In this document: one piece after another, positions 19,306-28,845 of the stretch | How positions within the stretch are numbered: position 1 is the stretch's first letter | How the letters are laid out: each line of letters starts with the position of its first letter | Assembly (NCBI GenBank): GCA_963832165.1 | Contig: CAWHTE010000003.1 | Span: 704,001-768,000 of the forward strand | Reading direction: 5' to 3' | DNA length: 64,000 bases | Source of the DNA: an uncultured delta proteobacterium | GTDB lineage: Bacteria > Myxococcota_A > UBA9160 > SMWR01 | Position numbers and translations under genes: made by a program | Notes under the pieces: generated by a model | Seen by the model: the letters and a program-made list of their open reading frames with translations, nothing else | Database searches by the model: none | Told to the model about the DNA's origin: nothing

Positions 19306-20931
19306 CTAGCTCCCGTCGCGGCGCAGCAGCAGGACACTCGACGGCGTTCCGCCGCCCGAGGTGACCACCGCCGTTCTCGCGCCCGCGACTTGACGGTCCC
19401 CGGCTTCGCCGCGGAGCTGCGCGATCGCTTCGTAGATGAAGCCGAATCCGTGCGTGCGGCCCTCGGAGAGCTGGCCGCCGTGCGGATTCACGGGCACGTC
19501 GCCGCCGAGCGCGATGCGCCGGCCCTTGTCGAGCCAGTCCATCGCTTCGCCGAAGCCACAGAAGCCCAGCGCTTCGATCCAGGAGATCGCGTTGAACGTG
19601 AAGCCGTCGTACACGAGTGCGACATCGACGTCGGCGGGCCGCAGGCTCGTCCTCGTCCACACGTGCGCTGCCGGGCCGATCACCTGCGGCTCGTGCGTGA
19701 GCGTGTCCTGATCCCACGAAACGCGCTCGGTGATCTGGGTGCCCACGGCCTCGACGCGGATCGCGGGCCTGGGCAGGTCGCGCGCGACGGACGCGTCGGA
19801 CACGATCACGGCGATCGAAGCATCGCAGGGCACGTCGCAGTCGAACAAGCCGAACGGGCTCGTGATCGGGCGCGCGGACAGGTAGTCGTCCATCGTCATC
19901 GGATCGCGGTAGATCGCCACGGGATTGCGAGCTGCGTTCGCGCGCGCGTTCAGCGCGATCCATCCGAGCATCTCCCGGGTCGCTCCATAGCGATGCAGAT
20001 AGTGGTTGGCATTCATCGCGATCCAGTTCGCCGCCGACATCGCGCCGAACGGAGCGCGCCACTCGAGCAGCGGACCGGATACCCGCCCGCCGCCGCGCGC
20101 GAGCCGGAGCGCCGCGAACGTCGACTCCCACACCGTGCGGAAGCAGAGGACGTGGCGGCAAAACCCACTCGCTACGGCGAGCATCGCCTGGATGAGTGCT
20201 CCGCCGGGTCCCGGGAGATCGCCTCCGCCGTTGATCCAGGTCGGGCGCAGCCGCAGTGCTTCCTCGACCGCGGTTACACCGCCCTCGCTCATGCCCATCC
20301 CGACCATGCCGGGATAGGTGGACAATCCGTCGATGTCGTCGAGCGTGAGGCCCGCGTCGCCGACGGCCTGCATGCACGCATCGACCGCGAGCGACAGCGG
20401 ATCCACCATGAGCCGGCGCCCGATCGCGGACCGCCCGATGCCCGAGAGCACGACGCGATGCTCGAAGCGGTCGCTGCTCACGGGCGGACGCACGGTGGGG
20501 CGCTGCGGTTCGGGGATTCGCTGCGTGGTGTCGATCGCGCCGGTCGGCTCGAACAGCGGAATCCAGACGTCCTCGTGCTGCTCGAAGCGCACGGTCACTT
20601 CCTGGCCGATGCGCACGTCGTCGGGGTCGCAGCCGACGATGTTGGTCGTGAGGCGGACGGCCGGATCCTCCGCGAGCGCCACGACCGCGATCGCGTAGGG
20701 CGGATCGAACGACGGCAGCCACTTGTGGCGGTTGATCGTGAACGCGACGACGGTGCCGCGGCCCGACACGACCGTCGGCGTCCAACCGCGGCTCCGACAC
20801 GCGGGGCACACGGGAGTCGGCGGGTGGACTAGCGTCTTGCATTCGTCGCACTCGCGGATCCGGAGCTGGCCGTCCGCGCCCGAGGTCCAGAACCACTGGT
20901 TCATCGGGGTGAGCTCGGGCAGCGGTCGCAC
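19306..20931 (-). CDS. DUF35 OB-fold / thiolase-like fusion protein
   Basis: Real part of the 1551-aa ORF. N-terminal CDEC..CPAC plus OB fold, then VLSGIGRS, DCDVPCDA, YDGFT and GGQLSEGRTHG. Confidence 0.87.
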   Translation of the reverse strand: MRPLPELTPMNQWFWTSGADGQLRIRECDECKTLVHPPTPVCPACRSRGWTPTVVSGRGTVVAFTINRHKWLPSFDPPYAIAVVALAEDPAVRLTTNIVGCDPDDVRIGQEVTVRFEQHEDVWIPLFEPTGAIDTTQRIPEPQRPTVRPPVSSDRFEHRVVLSGIGRSAIGRRLMVDPLSLAVDACMQAVGDAGLTLDDIDGLSTYPGMVGMGMSEGGVTAVEEALRLRPTWINGGGDLPGPGGALIQAMLAVASGFCRHVLCFRTVWESTFAALRLARGGGRVSGPLLEWRAPFGAMSAANWIAMNANHYLHRYGATREMLGWIALNARANAARNPVAIYRDPMTMDDYLSARPITSPFGLFDCDVPCDASIAVIVSDASVARDLPRPAIRVEAVGTQITERVSWDQDTLTHEPQVIGPAAHVWTRTSLRPADVDVALVYDGFTFNAISWIEALGFCGFGEAMDWLDKGRRIALGGDVPVNPHGGQLSEGRTHGFGFIYEAIAQLRGEAGDRQVAGARTAVVTSGGGTPSSVLLLRRDGS

Positions 20932-20972
20932 CGGGTCCTCCTCGGAGCTGCCGACGGTTCGAAGCACGTATC

Positions 20973-21026
20973 TTCTACGAATTTGGAAGTGCAATTCTAC
21001 GCACGCGAGAGTAAGCTTGGCAACCC
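20973..21026. promoter_or_regulatory. Bidirectional sigma-70-like promoter cassette, copy B (inverted)
   Basis: Minus strand TTGCCA(21023-21018)-N18-TAGAAT(20999-20994). Plus strand GTGCAA(20989)-N17-TAAGCT(21012). Confidence 0.7.
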
Positions 21027-21039
21027 GGAGGGGCGCGAA

Positions 21040-23448
21040 GTGCTCGAGGGGCTGCGGGTTCTGGATCTCACCGACGAGTCGGGCTGGCTCGCCGGCAAGA
21101 TCCTCGGCGACATGGGCGCGGATGTGATCAAAGTCGAGCCGCCCGGGGGTGACCTCGCGGGGCGGCGCGCGCCGTATTGGGGTGGGATCGCCGATCCGGA
21201 ACGCAGTCTGGCCTGGCTGGCGCTGAACACGAGCAAACGCGGCATCCAGCTCGATCTCGCCCGCGAACGCGAGACGTTCTCGGCGCTCGTTCGTCAGAGC
21301 GACGTGCTGCTCGAGACTGCTGCGCCCGGCGAGCTCGCGGCGCTCGGACTCGACTACTCCGTTCTGTGTCAGGAGAACCCGCGCCTGGTGCACTGCGCGA
21401 TCACTCCCTTCGGGCAGACGGGGCCGCGCGCGCACTGGCGCGGCGGGGATCTGATCGCTGTCGCGATGGGCGGAAATCTCGCGCTGACGGGCGATCCCGA
21501 CCGCGCGCCCGTGCGCTGCAGCATGCCCGCCGCGTGGTACCACGGCGCGGCCGAGGCTGCGGCCGGTGTGCTCATGGCGCTCTACGCGCGCGACGACACC
21601 GGACGCGGACAGCTCGTCGACGTCTCGCTGCAGGAGACGCAACTGCGCACGGTGCTCACGATGTTCGGCCAGGTGCGCGGCGGCGCGCCCGCGTGGCGGC
21701 GTACCGGACCCATGATGGGCCGCACGCGCGAGATCTGGGCCGCCAAAGACGGCGACGTGAGCTTCGGGCTGCGCGGCGGCCCCGCGCGCATCCCCAACCT
21801 CAAGGCCACCGTCGCGTACATGGACGAGTGCGGCATGGCACCGCCGTGGCTGCGCGACTACGACTGGGAAGCGTACGACTACGCGAAGCTCTCCGACGCC
21901 GAGATCGCACGGCTCGAGGGAGCGTTCGGCGCGTTCTTCGCGAGCCGCAGCATGCGCGAGCTGTTCGCACAGGCGCTCGAGCGCCGGATCCTTCTGGCGC
22001 CCTGCAACGACGCGCGCGAGATCGTCGAGCACGAGCAGCTTCGCAGCCGTGACCTCTTCGTCCAGATCGACTACCCGCATCTCGGCGCATCGATCGAGCA
22101 CCCGGGCTTCTTCGCGAAGGTCCGGAACGGCCGCATCGCGCTGCGCCGCCGCGCGCCGCGCAGCGGCGAGCACGACGCCGAGGTACGCGCCGAGCTCGGG
22201 CGCCCGATGGCTGCGAGCAGCCCCGCGCGCGACGCGGCGGAGCCGCGGCGCGAGATCTTCGCGGGCTTGCGCGTGCTCGAGGTCGGCTCGGGCGCGGCGG
22301 GGCCCGTCGCGACCAGCTATCTCGCCGAGCACGGCGCGCAGGTGATCCGGATCGAATCGCGCGAGCGGCCCGACTTCCTTCGCACGCTGAACCCGCACCC
22401 CGTGCACGGCCTCGACGGCGTTCCCATGTTCATCCTGCTCAACGGCAACAAGCAGACCGTCACGCTCAACTTGAAGCATCCCGACGGCCTGCGACTGGCC
22501 GAGCAGCTCGTGAAGTGGGCCGACGTGATCTGCGAGAACTACGCGGCCGGCGTGCTCGAGCGGCTCGGACTCGGTCACGAGCGCGTGCGCGAGCTGAATC
22601 CGCGCGCGGTGATGGCCAGCGGTTGCCTGTTCGGCCAGACCGGTCCGCAGCGCAACTATCCGGGCTTCGGAGGGCAGGGCTCCGCGATCTCGGGCTTCAA
22701 CCACCTGACCGGCTGGCCCGACGGAATGGGCTACGGGCCGGCCGGCACGATCACCGACTCGTTGGCGCCGCGCTATCTCGCCGCCGCCATCATCGGCGCG
22801 CTCTGGCGTCGCCGGCGCACGGGCGAGGGCGAGTCGATCGACTGCTCGCAGATCGAGACGGCGGTGTACAGCCTCTCGGAGGTGGTTGCGCGCTTCTCCG
22901 CCAACGGCGAGGTCCAGGGCCGGAGCGGCAACCACAGCGAGCACTGCGCACCCCACTCCGTGTATCCCGCGAGCGGCGAAGATCGCTGGATCGCGATCGC
23001 GTGCCCGACGGACGGCGACTGGCAGCGGCTCGTCGCGGAGATGGGAGCGCCCGAATGGGCGCGCGACGCGCGTTTTGCGCACGGCGCAGGGCGCCTCGCG
23101 CATCAGGCCGAGCTCGACGCGCGGATCTCGGAATGGACGCGCGGTTTCGAGCGCGTGGCGCTGGCCGAGCGGCTCCAGTCCGCGGGCGTGCAGGCCGCAC
23201 CGGTACAGGATGCGCGCGACCTGGCGGCGGATCCGCAGCTCGCGCATCGCGAGCATTTCGTGTGCCTCGAGCACGCCCATCTCGGCGAGATGTGGTTCGA
23301 GCGCTCGGGCATGCGTTTCTCGGAGGGCTCCGGGGGGCTGCACTCGCCGGGACCCAACCTGGGCGAGCACAATCATGAGATCCTGGGCGGCCTGCTGGGG
23401 CTCTCCGACGAGCGCATCGCCGAGCTCGTCGCAGCCCGGGCCGTCTGA
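21040..23448 (+). CDS. Family III CoA-transferase (CaiB/BaiF), tandem two-domain fusion
   Basis: Two repeats, LEGLRVLDL..GADVIKVEPPGGD and FAGLRVLEV..GAQVIRIES. Catalytic-position Asp only in the second (TITDS). Confidence 0.9.
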   Translation: MLEGLRVLDLTDESGWLAGKILGDMGADVIKVEPPGGDLAGRRAPYWGGIADPERSLAWLALNTSKRGIQLDLARERETFSALVRQSDVLLETAAPGELAALGLDYSVLCQENPRLVHCAITPFGQTGPRAHWRGGDLIAVAMGGNLALTGDPDRAPVRCSMPAAWYHGAAEAAAGVLMALYARDDTGRGQLVDVSLQETQLRTVLTMFGQVRGGAPAWRRTGPMMGRTREIWAAKDGDVSFGLRGGPARIPNLKATVAYMDECGMAPPWLRDYDWEAYDYAKLSDAEIARLEGAFGAFFASRSMRELFAQALERRILLAPCNDAREIVEHEQLRSRDLFVQIDYPHLGASIEHPGFFAKVRNGRIALRRRAPRSGEHDAEVRAELGRPMAASSPARDAAEPRREIFAGLRVLEVGSGAAGPVATSYLAEHGAQVIRIESRERPDFLRTLNPHPVHGLDGVPMFILLNGNKQTVTLNLKHPDGLRLAEQLVKWADVICENYAAGVLERLGLGHERVRELNPRAVMASGCLFGQTGPQRNYPGFGGQGSAISGFNHLTGWPDGMGYGPAGTITDSLAPRYLAAAIIGALWRRRRTGEGESIDCSQIETAVYSLSEVVARFSANGEVQGRSGNHSEHCAPHSVYPASGEDRWIAIACPTDGDWQRLVAEMGAPEWARDARFAHGAGRLAHQAELDARISEWTRGFERVALAERLQSAGVQAAPVQDARDLAADPQLAHREHFVCLEHAHLGEMWFERSGMRFSEGSGGLHSPGPNLGEHNHEILGGLLGLSDERIAELVAARAV

Positions 23449-23475
23449 ACCGAATCGACTCGAGGAGAAACCACC

Positions 23476-24569
23476 ATGTCCCTTCCCACTGACCAGATCC
23501 TGATCTCGGCCGACGACCACCTCGACATCCACGCGATGCCGGTCGACATGTGGTCGACGCGCTTGCCGCAGCAGTGGCGCGAGCGCGGCCCGCGTGTCGA
23601 GGAGACGCCCGACGGCCCGTACTGGTTCTGCGACGGAGCGCGCATCTCGCCGAGCGGGCGCAAGGAGAAGGGCTACATCGCCGCGCACGACCACGGCTTC
23701 CGGCCCGGTCAGCCCGCGACGCGGCTCGAAGATCTGGATCGCGACGGCGTACACGCGACGGTCGTCTACGGGCCGACCTGCACGCAGCTGCGCATGAGCG
23801 ACGCCGCGCTGCACGAGCAGGTGTCGATGGTCTACAACGACTGGGCAGCGGAGTTCCAGAAGTTCTCGACCCGACCGGCTGATCCTGCTGCCCGACCTGC
23901 CCTCGTACGATCCGCAGGTCGCCAAGAAGGAGCTCTTGCGCTGCGCGAAGCTCGGCCACAAGGGCGCGATCGTCTCCGATACGGTCGGCCGCGGCGTACC
24001 GATCTTCGAGGACGCGTGGGACGCCGTTCTGGGATGCGGCGCAGGAGACGGGGCTGCCGATCCACGTGCATCTCGCGGGCGGCACGCACAGCGTGAAGAT
24101 GAAGCTCAACTCGTGGCGCCAGCCCGCGTTCGTCGCGGTGGTGCCGATGCAGCTCGACGAGACGCTCTCGGGAATGATCTTCTCGGGCGCACTCGAGAAG
24201 CGGCCGCGCGTGAAGTTCGTGATGGGCGAGGCCGGACTCGGCTGGATTCCGTACGTGGTGGAGCGACTCGACCACGAGCTGCACAAGTACGGCTCGAAGA
24301 TCGCGGACTACAAGATCTCGTCGCTGCCGAGCGAGATCTTCGCGCGCCAGGTGTTCACGACGTACGAGGACGAGAAGCTCGGCGTGGAGCTGATCCCGCG
24401 CATCGGCGTGGACAACGTGATGTGGGCGTCGGACTATCCGCACGGCGACAGCACGTGGCCGCACTCGCGCAAGGCGCTGTCGGAGTCGTCGCTCGCCAAG
24501 CACGGACCCGAGGTGTTGCGCAAGGTCACCTGCGAGACCGCCGCGCGCGTGTACGGCATCCGGTACTGA
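23476..24569 (+). pseudogene. Amidohydrolase (Amidohydro_2) with two apparent +1 frameshifts, probably sequence errors
   Basis: SADDHLD..YNDW in the first frame, PDRLILLP..FEDAW after ~23869, FWDAAQETGLPIHVH..WASDYPHGD after ~24023. Confidence 0.8.
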
Positions 24570-24586
24570 CCGGCACGGGGGCGCGA

Positions 24587-25036
24587 ATGACGACCGAGGC
24601 ACAACGGATCAGCGACCTCGTCGAGATCCAGGCGCTCTGTGCGCGGTACATGCTCTATGCGAGTCAGTTCGTGAAGGACCGATGGCTCGACGTGTTCACG
24701 CCCGACGTGGAGTACAACGCCTTCGGCACTCCGTACACGATCGAGCGGTTTCCGGCGCTGCTCGCGGCCGCGCCGCGCGGACAGTTCATCGGGAACATGC
24801 CCGTCGTCGATTTCGATGGCGACCAAGCGATGGGCATCCAGCATTTCGTCTTCATCGACCAGCAATCGCACGATATGCGTCTGGGCTGGTACCGCGACGA
24901 ATACGTGCGCACGGCACAGGGCTGGCGAATCCGACGGCGCGCCACCACGTTCATGCGCAAGCACGGGGGCTACGACTCCGGGCGACAGCACGATCCGCTA
25001 GCCGACATCGCGGAAGAAACCGCGCGTCCGCGCTGA
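24587..25036 (+). CDS. SnoaL-like / NTF2-family protein
   Basis: Motifs EIQALCARY, VFTPD and WYRDEYVRTAQGWRIRRR. Confidence 0.85.
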   Translation: MTTEAQRISDLVEIQALCARYMLYASQFVKDRWLDVFTPDVEYNAFGTPYTIERFPALLAAAPRGQFIGNMPVVDFDGDQAMGIQHFVFIDQQSHDMRLGWYRDEYVRTAQGWRIRRRATTFMRKHGGYDSGRQHDPLADIAEETARPR

Positions 25037-25109
25037 TCGAACCAGGACCCATCCCATTCCGGTCGTAGAGGAGAGATCCGCTTCCAGGCCCGACCGGCGC
25101 TGGCGCGCG

Positions 25110-26117
25110 GTGCGGCGCTCGTGCCTTGCGTGGGGCGGAGCGGCGGCGCTCGTGATCGCGTCTTCGACCGCGGCAACCGCCTCGGAGCCGAGCGACGAGT
25201 CGCAGCACTGGGTGCCCTCGTTCGGGGTGTTCTTCGATGCGGCCGGACAGAAGCTCGAGGGCTCGGTCGAGACCGGTCCGGTCCTGGGTCCGCCGCTCAC
25301 GGAGGGCGGGTGTCTCAACCAGACCTTCGGAAGAACCGGGTCGCTATGCAGTACGCAGCGGACGAACCCGACACAGATCCTCTTCCCCGACGATGCGGGA
25401 AGCGATACGTCGGTGACCCCGCTCGTCGGGGCGACGCTCGAGCTGATGACTCCGAGCCTGTTCGACCGATGGCTCCGCCCGCGCCTGTTCGTCCACGGCG
25501 ACGGAGCCGCCGCGTTCTCGTTCGAGCGCAACGTGGCGGGTGTGGAAGGGCCGGACGAGTTCGCGCTGCCTTTTGGAATCAACATCGTGCCCGGCTCGGA
25601 TCCGGAAGCTCAACGCGTCGAGGAGCTCTCGATCGTGGGTCAGGGGAGCCGCGCTCGAATCCAGGTGCGGCCCTTCGTGGTGTCCGCGGGCGCCGGGGTG
25701 GCTCTCACGCTCCAGGTGTTCGGACGCCAAGTGCGGATCAAGCCGTCGTTCGAGTACCTGCACCAGGAGCTCGATCTGATCGGGGTGGTGCACCGCGCGG
25801 TCAAGCTCGAGGAACCGCTCGTGAGCTCCACGAGTCTCTCGGACTTCCGGCTCATCTCGCTGACCCGCGAGGAGCGGGAGAGCTACGACGGAATCGGGCC
25901 CGGGCTCGAACTCGAGTTCGACACGGCGCGCCTGGGTCCCTTCCTTTCCAGCGTCTATCTGATGGGGCGTGGCTATCACATGCTCGGCGACCTCGACACC
26001 ACGCTCACGCAGACCAACGAGTTCGGTGAGACGGCGACCTGGACATTTCGGCCCGATCGCTGGGTGTGGCGCGGCGGCGTAGGTTTTCGCTTCCGCTGGC
26101 TGCCCGAGCCCGACTGA
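25110..26117 (+). CDS. Exported hypothetical protein, probable ~8-stranded outer-membrane beta-barrel
   Basis: Sec-like signal ending ..STAATA. Eight amphipathic strand-like segments, the last being WRGGVGFRFRW. Confidence 0.6.
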   Translation: MRRSCLAWGGAAALVIASSTAATASEPSDESQHWVPSFGVFFDAAGQKLEGSVETGPVLGPPLTEGGCLNQTFGRTGSLCSTQRTNPTQILFPDDAGSDTSVTPLVGATLELMTPSLFDRWLRPRLFVHGDGAAAFSFERNVAGVEGPDEFALPFGINIVPGSDPEAQRVEELSIVGQGSRARIQVRPFVVSAGAGVALTLQVFGRQVRIKPSFEYLHQELDLIGVVHRAVKLEEPLVSSTSLSDFRLISLTREERESYDGIGPGLELEFDTARLGPFLSSVYLMGRGYHMLGDLDTTLTQTNEFGETATWTFRPDRWVWRGGVGFRFRWLPEPD

Positions 26118-26131
26118 AGCGGTATCACCTG

Positions 26132-28825
26132 ATGCGAGCTCCTCCGGATCGCCAACGCCTCGCGGAGCGGATCGCCGCCGCCGCGCTGGTCGGGGGCCTC
26201 GCCGCGGCATTGCTCGCGAGCGCGGGGTCCGCCGCGGGCGCCGACGAGACTCCGATCGAGCTCGCCCAGGCGGCGGAGGAGGAGCCGACCGACGAGCCGA
26301 GCGCGACGGCGCCCGACAAAGCGCCGGCGGGTCAGGTGCCGCCCGGTGTCGAAGTGCTCACGGTGCAGGGCCGCGGCGCAGGTGCGATCGAGGCCGACGT
26401 GCCGTCATCGATCACGCAGTTCGACGCGTCCACGATCGAAGCGCTCGGCGCCCAGGACATCTCCGACCTCTCGCGCGTCACGCCGAACGTCAACATCATC
26501 CAGCCCGGTGCGACCCAGGCCACGTTCTTCGTGCGCGGTGTCGGACTCTCGGACTTCAGCTCGAATGCGGCCGGCGCCGTCACGATCTTCCAGGACGACA
26601 TCGCGCTCAACGCGCCGGCGATCCAGACCGGTCAGCTCTTCGACATCGAGGGCGTCGATGTCCTGCGCGGGCCGCAGGGCTCCGGGGCGTTTCGCAACGC
26701 GTCGGCCGGCGCGATTCGCGTGCGCTCGCGTCGCCCGAGCGGAAACTACAACGCGACGCTGCGCGCGACCCTCGGCCGCTACGAGCCCAAGGGAGAGAAG
26801 GGCGCGAACGAGGCGCTGATCCAGGAGTACGAAGGCGCGGTCGAGATGCCGATCGTCACGGACTGGCTCTCCTCTCGCTTCGCGTTCAACCTGCAGGAGG
26901 GGGAGCCCTGGAAGACCAACGGCTGCGGCTTCGCAGACCCGTTCGAGCGGCTGCCCGGAGTCAGTCAGTGCGGCGAACAAGTCACGCGTAACCGGACGTC
27001 CGCGGTTCCGTTCGGACTCCCAAAAGACGTGAACGACGAGCACAACTGGGCCGCGCGCGGGACGTTCCTCTTCAAGCCGCCCGACGCGGAGGCCGAGTTC
27101 TTTCTGAGCCTGCACGGGAGCCGGCTCGATCAGGACTCGGTGCTCGGGCAGGCGATCGGCACGGGCCCACTCCGGGGGATCTTCGACGACGCCTTGAAGG
27201 TGCCTTTTGGCGGCACGGATGTCGCCAGCTACATCGATCCCGACGTGCAGCGGGAGTACGACGTGCGGTGCCAGGATCAGGACCCGACCCCCGCTGGCAT
27301 CAATTGCGCCAATCAGCGTGCCCAGCTGGATCTCGCGAAGAAGCTCGCGGGAGATCGCCCGCTCGACGAGCAACCCTACCGCGGCGACTACAACCGCGTC
27401 GGCCAGACGACGCGCGACACGTGGGGCGCCTTCTTGTCGGGCGAAGCGGAGGTGTTCGCTGACACGAAGCTCTTCGCGCTCGTCTCCTACGACGAGTACG
27501 AGCGCTTCCAGGACCAGGACAGCGACTTCACGCCGACGAGGCTGTTCGAGACGGAGCAGGGCGACGACGCATGGCAGACGTACGAGGAGGTGCGGCTCGA
27601 CGGTGAGCTCGAGGCGGAGCCGATCACGTGGCAGATCGGCGGCTATTACCTGCGAGAGAAGCTCGACAACGACCAGACGGTATTCATTGGCGTAATACCG
27701 ACCATCCCCCTCAATACCCGGCGCATCTACCACCAGACGATCGACAGCTGGGCGACCTGGGCTCAGTTCGGTTGGGACTTTGCCGACGACTTCACGCTCG
27801 AGGGGGGCGTGCGCTGGAACTGGGAGAGCAAGAAGTTCGACTTCCGGAAGATCGGCGGGAGGCTGTTCACCAGCGACGTCAGCACTCGGGAGGAGGAGAC
27901 CTGGCAGACGCCGACGGGCCAGATCATCCTGACCTACCACATCGACGCCGAGAAGGCGGCCTACGCGCGCTACACGCGGGGCTTCAAGGCCGGGCACTTC
28001 AATGCGCTCTCGTCCGAGGTGTCGTCCGAGGCGGACTTCCGTATTCCGCCGGCGGACGAGGAATACAACGACGCCTGGGAAACCGGCCTGCGCGGGGCGT
28101 GGCTCGACCGCCGCATCTCGCTGGCGGGCTCGTTCTTCTACTACCGCTACGAGAACTACCAGATCTTCCTGTTCACGGACAGCGCAGAGGCGGCCGAGCC
28201 GCCGACGCTCGAGATCGTCAACGCGAAGCAGGCCGAGAACTTCGGTGTCGAGATCGAAGGCGCGGTGCGACCGCTCGAAGGCTGGGCGCCGCGCCTGCTC
28301 TCGGGCCTGCGGCTGTCGGCCAACTTCAGCTGGCTGCACGGCGAGTACCTCAACTTCACGACGTTTCGCAAAGTCTCCGATGCTTCGGGTGCCAACATCT
28401 TCAACGTTGCGCTCGACTACTCCGGCAAGCAGCTGCAGAACTCGCCGGAGTACAAGGTGAGTGCCACCGCGGAGTGGACGTTCGACCTCGGGCGGTTCGG
28501 CTCCCTGATTCCGCGCTACGACGTCAACTGGAGCGACGACGTGTTCTTCGACCCCAACGAAGGGCGTGGATCCATCAATCCGCTCGATACGACCCGACCC
28601 GCGCTGGTCGAATATGGAGTCGGCCAGAAGGCGTACTTCCTGCACAACGTTCGGCTCGCGTATCGCTCACCGACCAGCACCTTCGAAGTGGCGGGCTGGG
28701 TCCGCAACGTCGAGGACCAGGTGTACAAGAACTACGCGTTCGACGCGTCCCGCTTTGGGCGGCTCGTGATCAACTTTCCGGGCGAGCCGCGCACGATCGG
28801 CGTCGACATGTCTTTCCTGTTCTGA
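26132..28825 (+). CDS. TonB-dependent receptor
   Basis: Signal peptide, TonB-box-like EVLTVQG, plug motifs FFVRGVG and VDVLRGPQG, YTRGFKAG, and C-terminal PRTIGVDMSFLF. Confidence 0.93.
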   Translation: MRAPPDRQRLAERIAAAALVGGLAAALLASAGSAAGADETPIELAQAAEEEPTDEPSATAPDKAPAGQVPPGVEVLTVQGRGAGAIEADVPSSITQFDASTIEALGAQDISDLSRVTPNVNIIQPGATQATFFVRGVGLSDFSSNAAGAVTIFQDDIALNAPAIQTGQLFDIEGVDVLRGPQGSGAFRNASAGAIRVRSRRPSGNYNATLRATLGRYEPKGEKGANEALIQEYEGAVEMPIVTDWLSSRFAFNLQEGEPWKTNGCGFADPFERLPGVSQCGEQVTRNRTSAVPFGLPKDVNDEHNWAARGTFLFKPPDAEAEFFLSLHGSRLDQDSVLGQAIGTGPLRGIFDDALKVPFGGTDVASYIDPDVQREYDVRCQDQDPTPAGINCANQRAQLDLAKKLAGDRPLDEQPYRGDYNRVGQTTRDTWGAFLSGEAEVFADTKLFALVSYDEYERFQDQDSDFTPTRLFETEQGDDAWQTYEEVRLDGELEAEPITWQIGGYYLREKLDNDQTVFIGVIPTIPLNTRRIYHQTIDSWATWAQFGWDFADDFTLEGGVRWNWESKKFDFRKIGGRLFTSDVSTREEETWQTPTGQIILTYHIDAEKAAYARYTRGFKAGHFNALSSEVSSEADFRIPPADEEYNDAWETGLRGAWLDRRISLAGSFFYYRYENYQIFLFTDSAEAAEPPTLEIVNAKQAENFGVEIEGAVRPLEGWAPRLLSGLRLSANFSWLHGEYLNFTTFRKVSDASGANIFNVALDYSGKQLQNSPEYKVSATAEWTFDLGRFGSLIPRYDVNWSDDVFFDPNEGRGSINPLDTTRPALVEYGVGQKAYFLHNVRLAYRSPTSTFEVAGWVRNVEDQVYKNYAFDASRFGRLVINFPGEPRTIGVDMSFLF

Positions 28826-28845
28826 GCGAGTGCGCCCGCTTCGAG

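Noticed and set aside
20932..23961. N-terminal ~1000 aa of the 1551-aa minus-strand ORF as a giant fusion protein
   Set aside because: It is the antisense shadow of the CoA-transferase and amidohydrolase genes. Only 19306-20931 has motifs and a plausible start.
23476..24569. Programmed ribosomal frameshifting
   Set aside because: There is no slippery heptamer or common signal, and the same +1 pattern recurs in four unrelated genes.
26100..26117. C-terminal PEPD of the barrel protein as a PEP-CTERM signal
   Set aside because: No transmembrane helix or basic tail follows.
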